A stretch of 64,000 bases of DNA from Felis catus (lineage: Eukaryota), in contig NC_058368.1 in the NCBI RefSeq assembly GCF_018350175.1, positions 150,104,001-150,168,000 of the forward strand. The letters are read 5' to 3'. The position numbers were made by a program, and so were the translations under genes. A model generated the notes under the pieces. That model was not told where the DNA came from and searched no databases. It saw only the letters and a list, made by a program, of their open reading frames with translations. Shown here piece after piece: positions 61,276 to 64,000 of this stretch (position 1 is the first letter of the stretch; every line of letters starts with the position of its first letter).

Positions 61276-63050
61276 TACGCCTGGCACTCGGCAGACCCTT
61301 TGCAATGTCATATCCCATCCCTCCTGGGCAGGAAGTAGAGCATGTCCAGGAAATGGGCAGGAAATGAGATGTCCATCTCACTGCTGAGATCAAGGATGAT
61401 AACATGAGTTCACAGTGCACTCAAAAAAAACAAAAACAAAAACAAAAAAACCTCAACATTCATATGCCCGACTATATGGAAACTGGAGTAAAGGAAATAA
61501 ATGTGGGGTTTATTTCTGGATAGGAAGTCTCTGAGGGTGGATAGTTCAGGGAGTGAGAACATATTTACTCTGGCTACTCAGAGAATTCAAATTGGTACAG
61601 AGCAAAATAAAAACAGAGATATACTAGATGCAATGAAAATGAAAAGAAGGTTAAATGAAAAAGAAGAAATAGGTGAGCTGTAGGTACAGGGGAAAGAAAG
61701 GTACAGGCATGCCATGGGTGATGACAAGGTTCAAATCTATAGAAACAGAATTGAGATACTTAGAGTAAGCATGCCGAATCCGTAATTTTGGAAGATACAT
61801 GAAGTGGAAGTTCAATCTGCCAACCTTTAAGTGAAGTAATTAAATATTTGAAATAAGATTAAAGAATAGACGGGAAGCCTGTAAGTTATGGCTGTGAAGA
61901 TGGGATGGTCATGATGCAAACAGATACAGGAGACTTCAACAAATGTATCACAGGAGTGAAGTAACCAGAGGACAGTAACTGTTCACTATTCTGAAAATAT
62001 TCTTATCAAAACACCAATCTCTCCCAAAATATGCAAGGTCAGAAATCACCTTAGGAAATGAGACTGTGGGCTGCCACAATAGCACCTACAGATGTATTGA
62101 ACTACAGGTTAAATCAAGCCATCAATGAATTTAGGTGCCGTGAGAGCCGATATTGTTTTGGCTGATTCTTGCATATACAGAGTGATGTGAAAGATTCATT
62201 TGAACGGGATTTTCTCTGCCACTGGCCCTTTTCTTAAACTGTTTATCAAACTAATTTATCAAGTTAATTTCAATGAACTAGATGCCAGTCAGAGCCCTTA
62301 AAAAGAGAAAGCAGTAAAAGGAATTTTGAAATGTTGGGATAAAGCGAAATCAAGAGCTGAATGTAGGCAGCATCTCTATAATCATGATGTAGGGTTCATA
62401 CAAACCAAGCAATTTCAGGCAGAGAAGACCCAGTTGTCTATGTACGAGCTTCCCATCTTATGTATAACAAAACTATAATGTTCAGGAAGCAGTTAAGCTC
62501 CCTGAATTGATTTAAAATATTTTCCCGTGTGGAGACAGAACATTTTTTAGGAAAAAAAAAGTCTACCAAATGATCTTACTAAAGCATGGTACATATCTAG
62601 CTTTGGTGGACTTGCTCATAATGCTGGCAATGCTTACTAAGGAGTCAAGCAGGAAAGAAATGTTGCTTTCGATTAACCTCAACCAAAACCTAAAGGTTGT
62701 TTGTTACTGTAGGTGAGATTATAGAGCAGAGAGATTGATTCCCCACTACAAATAGAGATCTGTAAAATAGTATTGATGTTTTATTTTATTTTTCTATTAC
62801 AGATGTTCTTGTTGATGGTGTTATAAAAAGGATAGCATGATCATATCTAACATAAGCAGAAATGTCAATGTGTAGCCATGGAAACAGCCTGGCAAGCCAG
62901 TGGTAACCTACCCTTCATGTGGATTATTTTTCTTCTAAATGACTCCTTGGACAACAAATGTATAAACATACAACTATCAAAAATATAAAAATCAGACATG
63001 TGTAGATTGAAAACAGTGCTACCCCAAATTCACAACTCAACTCGAATGCC

Positions 63051-63325
63051 TCAGGTCACAAATTCATGCCTCCAGGGATAGTATAAAAGAACAAACTACC
63101 TTGGCAAGAACTCCTGGCAGATGGATAACTGGGACCTGCTTGGAAGAAGCAGTTCTACCTGGCTCCAGAGGTTCATTACTTCAGGGGGATGTCAGCCCAG
63201 AACGACACACTTTCTGATTTTCCAAAAAATCAGGAAATTAGGTTTGTATGTAAAATCATGTAATTTTTAATCTTGTCCGCTTATTTTAATTTTAAAACAT
63301 TTATACACCAAACAAGTTTTATGTG
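63051..63325. mobile_element. MER102-like hAT-Charlie fossil
   Basis: CAGGTCACAAATTCATGCCTCCAGGG...GCTCCAG...TTCTGATTTTCCAA...TATGTAAAATC...TTTTAAAACA..CCAAACAA. Confidence 0.65.
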
Positions 63326-63979
63326 TTTATGTTTTTCAGGGAGAAGCCAGTCTCTGGCCCAATTTTATATCTGGGCCAATGGACTATCAATTTCATCTGA
63401 TTGATTTACTGATTGAGATTTAGTTGCATCTATATATTCATTTACTTTCTTTGGATTGATTATATAAAGCCCAACGGGTTGGCTTCAAAAGAGAGACTCA
63501 GAATTTTTAGGTAATCGGCAAATGAGCTGAACTTTATCTCTTTATGGAAGCTTTAGAAGAACTTTAAATAGGTAATTTAGGATTTAATTTTGTTCACAGA
63601 GTAAACAATTGAGTGAATTATGAAACTGGAAATTGTGAATCCATCATTTAAACCAGTTAACTTAGTCTCAAAAGTATCTGATTATTTCACGTAGAATACA
63701 CTATTTTGGTTTTCTGTAGAACCTAGTTCACTGAATATATACTCTTGTTCTACATAGGTACAAGATAACGGTCTGAAGAGACCATAGCCTAGGGCAGTTT
63801 GGATTTGGTTTACAAATATTTTAAAGATGTCAGAAATACCCCAGAGTTGTGCAAGGGCCAGAGATTAAGAGATTCAATCTAGAAAAGAAAAAAGAAATCC
63901 CACTAATGATATGAGGAATTGGACAAAGGATGACATTAATGATACCCACTTATATTTTGCTCTGACAGTTCATTTGAGA

Positions 63980-64000
63980 TGTGTGTGTGTGTGTGTGTGT
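63980..64000. repeat. (GT)n microsatellite running off the window end
   Basis: Direct read. Confidence 0.95.

Noticed and set aside
957..61683. Short ORFs in the six-frame track as protein-coding genes
   Set aside because: All are 137 aa or shorter. They are either SINE-derived (for example SAQVMIS...LEPASDSVSPSL), L1 fragments, or low-complexity chance ORFs. I found no coherent exon chain.
62780..62910. Strong + strand splice acceptor (TTTTCTATTACAG)
   Set aside because: No convincing donor or open frame. Such acceptors are common by chance in AT-rich DNA.

Overview
AT-rich, repeat-dense mammalian genomic DNA, almost certainly felid (cat-like), judged from several CpG-intact SINEC_Fc-type carnivore SINEs and a young L1_Fc-type 3' end. 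I find no intact protein-coding gene. The ORF-track entries are chance ORFs or fragments of SINE and L1 sequence, so the window looks intergenic or deep intronic. It contains about 20 Can-SINEs of different ages and a ~6.7-kb full-length but dead carnivore L1 nested in a much older L1. It also has two independent 5'-inverted (twin-primed) L1 insertions, further L1/L2/MIR/LTR fossils, and hAT fossils, including a ~2-kb Charlie5-like transposase relic. A ~240-bp Tc1/mariner-type MITE sits inside a carnivore L1, and a complete RPL37A processed pseudogene that the ORF track misses lies at 44602-44976 (-). I see no convincing novel biological system. The most worthwhile leads are the nested MITE, an unexplained diverged repeat pair (about 8.9 kb and 13.6 kb), and several templated-insertion or deletion scars. 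Family names come from recalled consensus sequences, not a database search. Boundaries of old elements are approximate.
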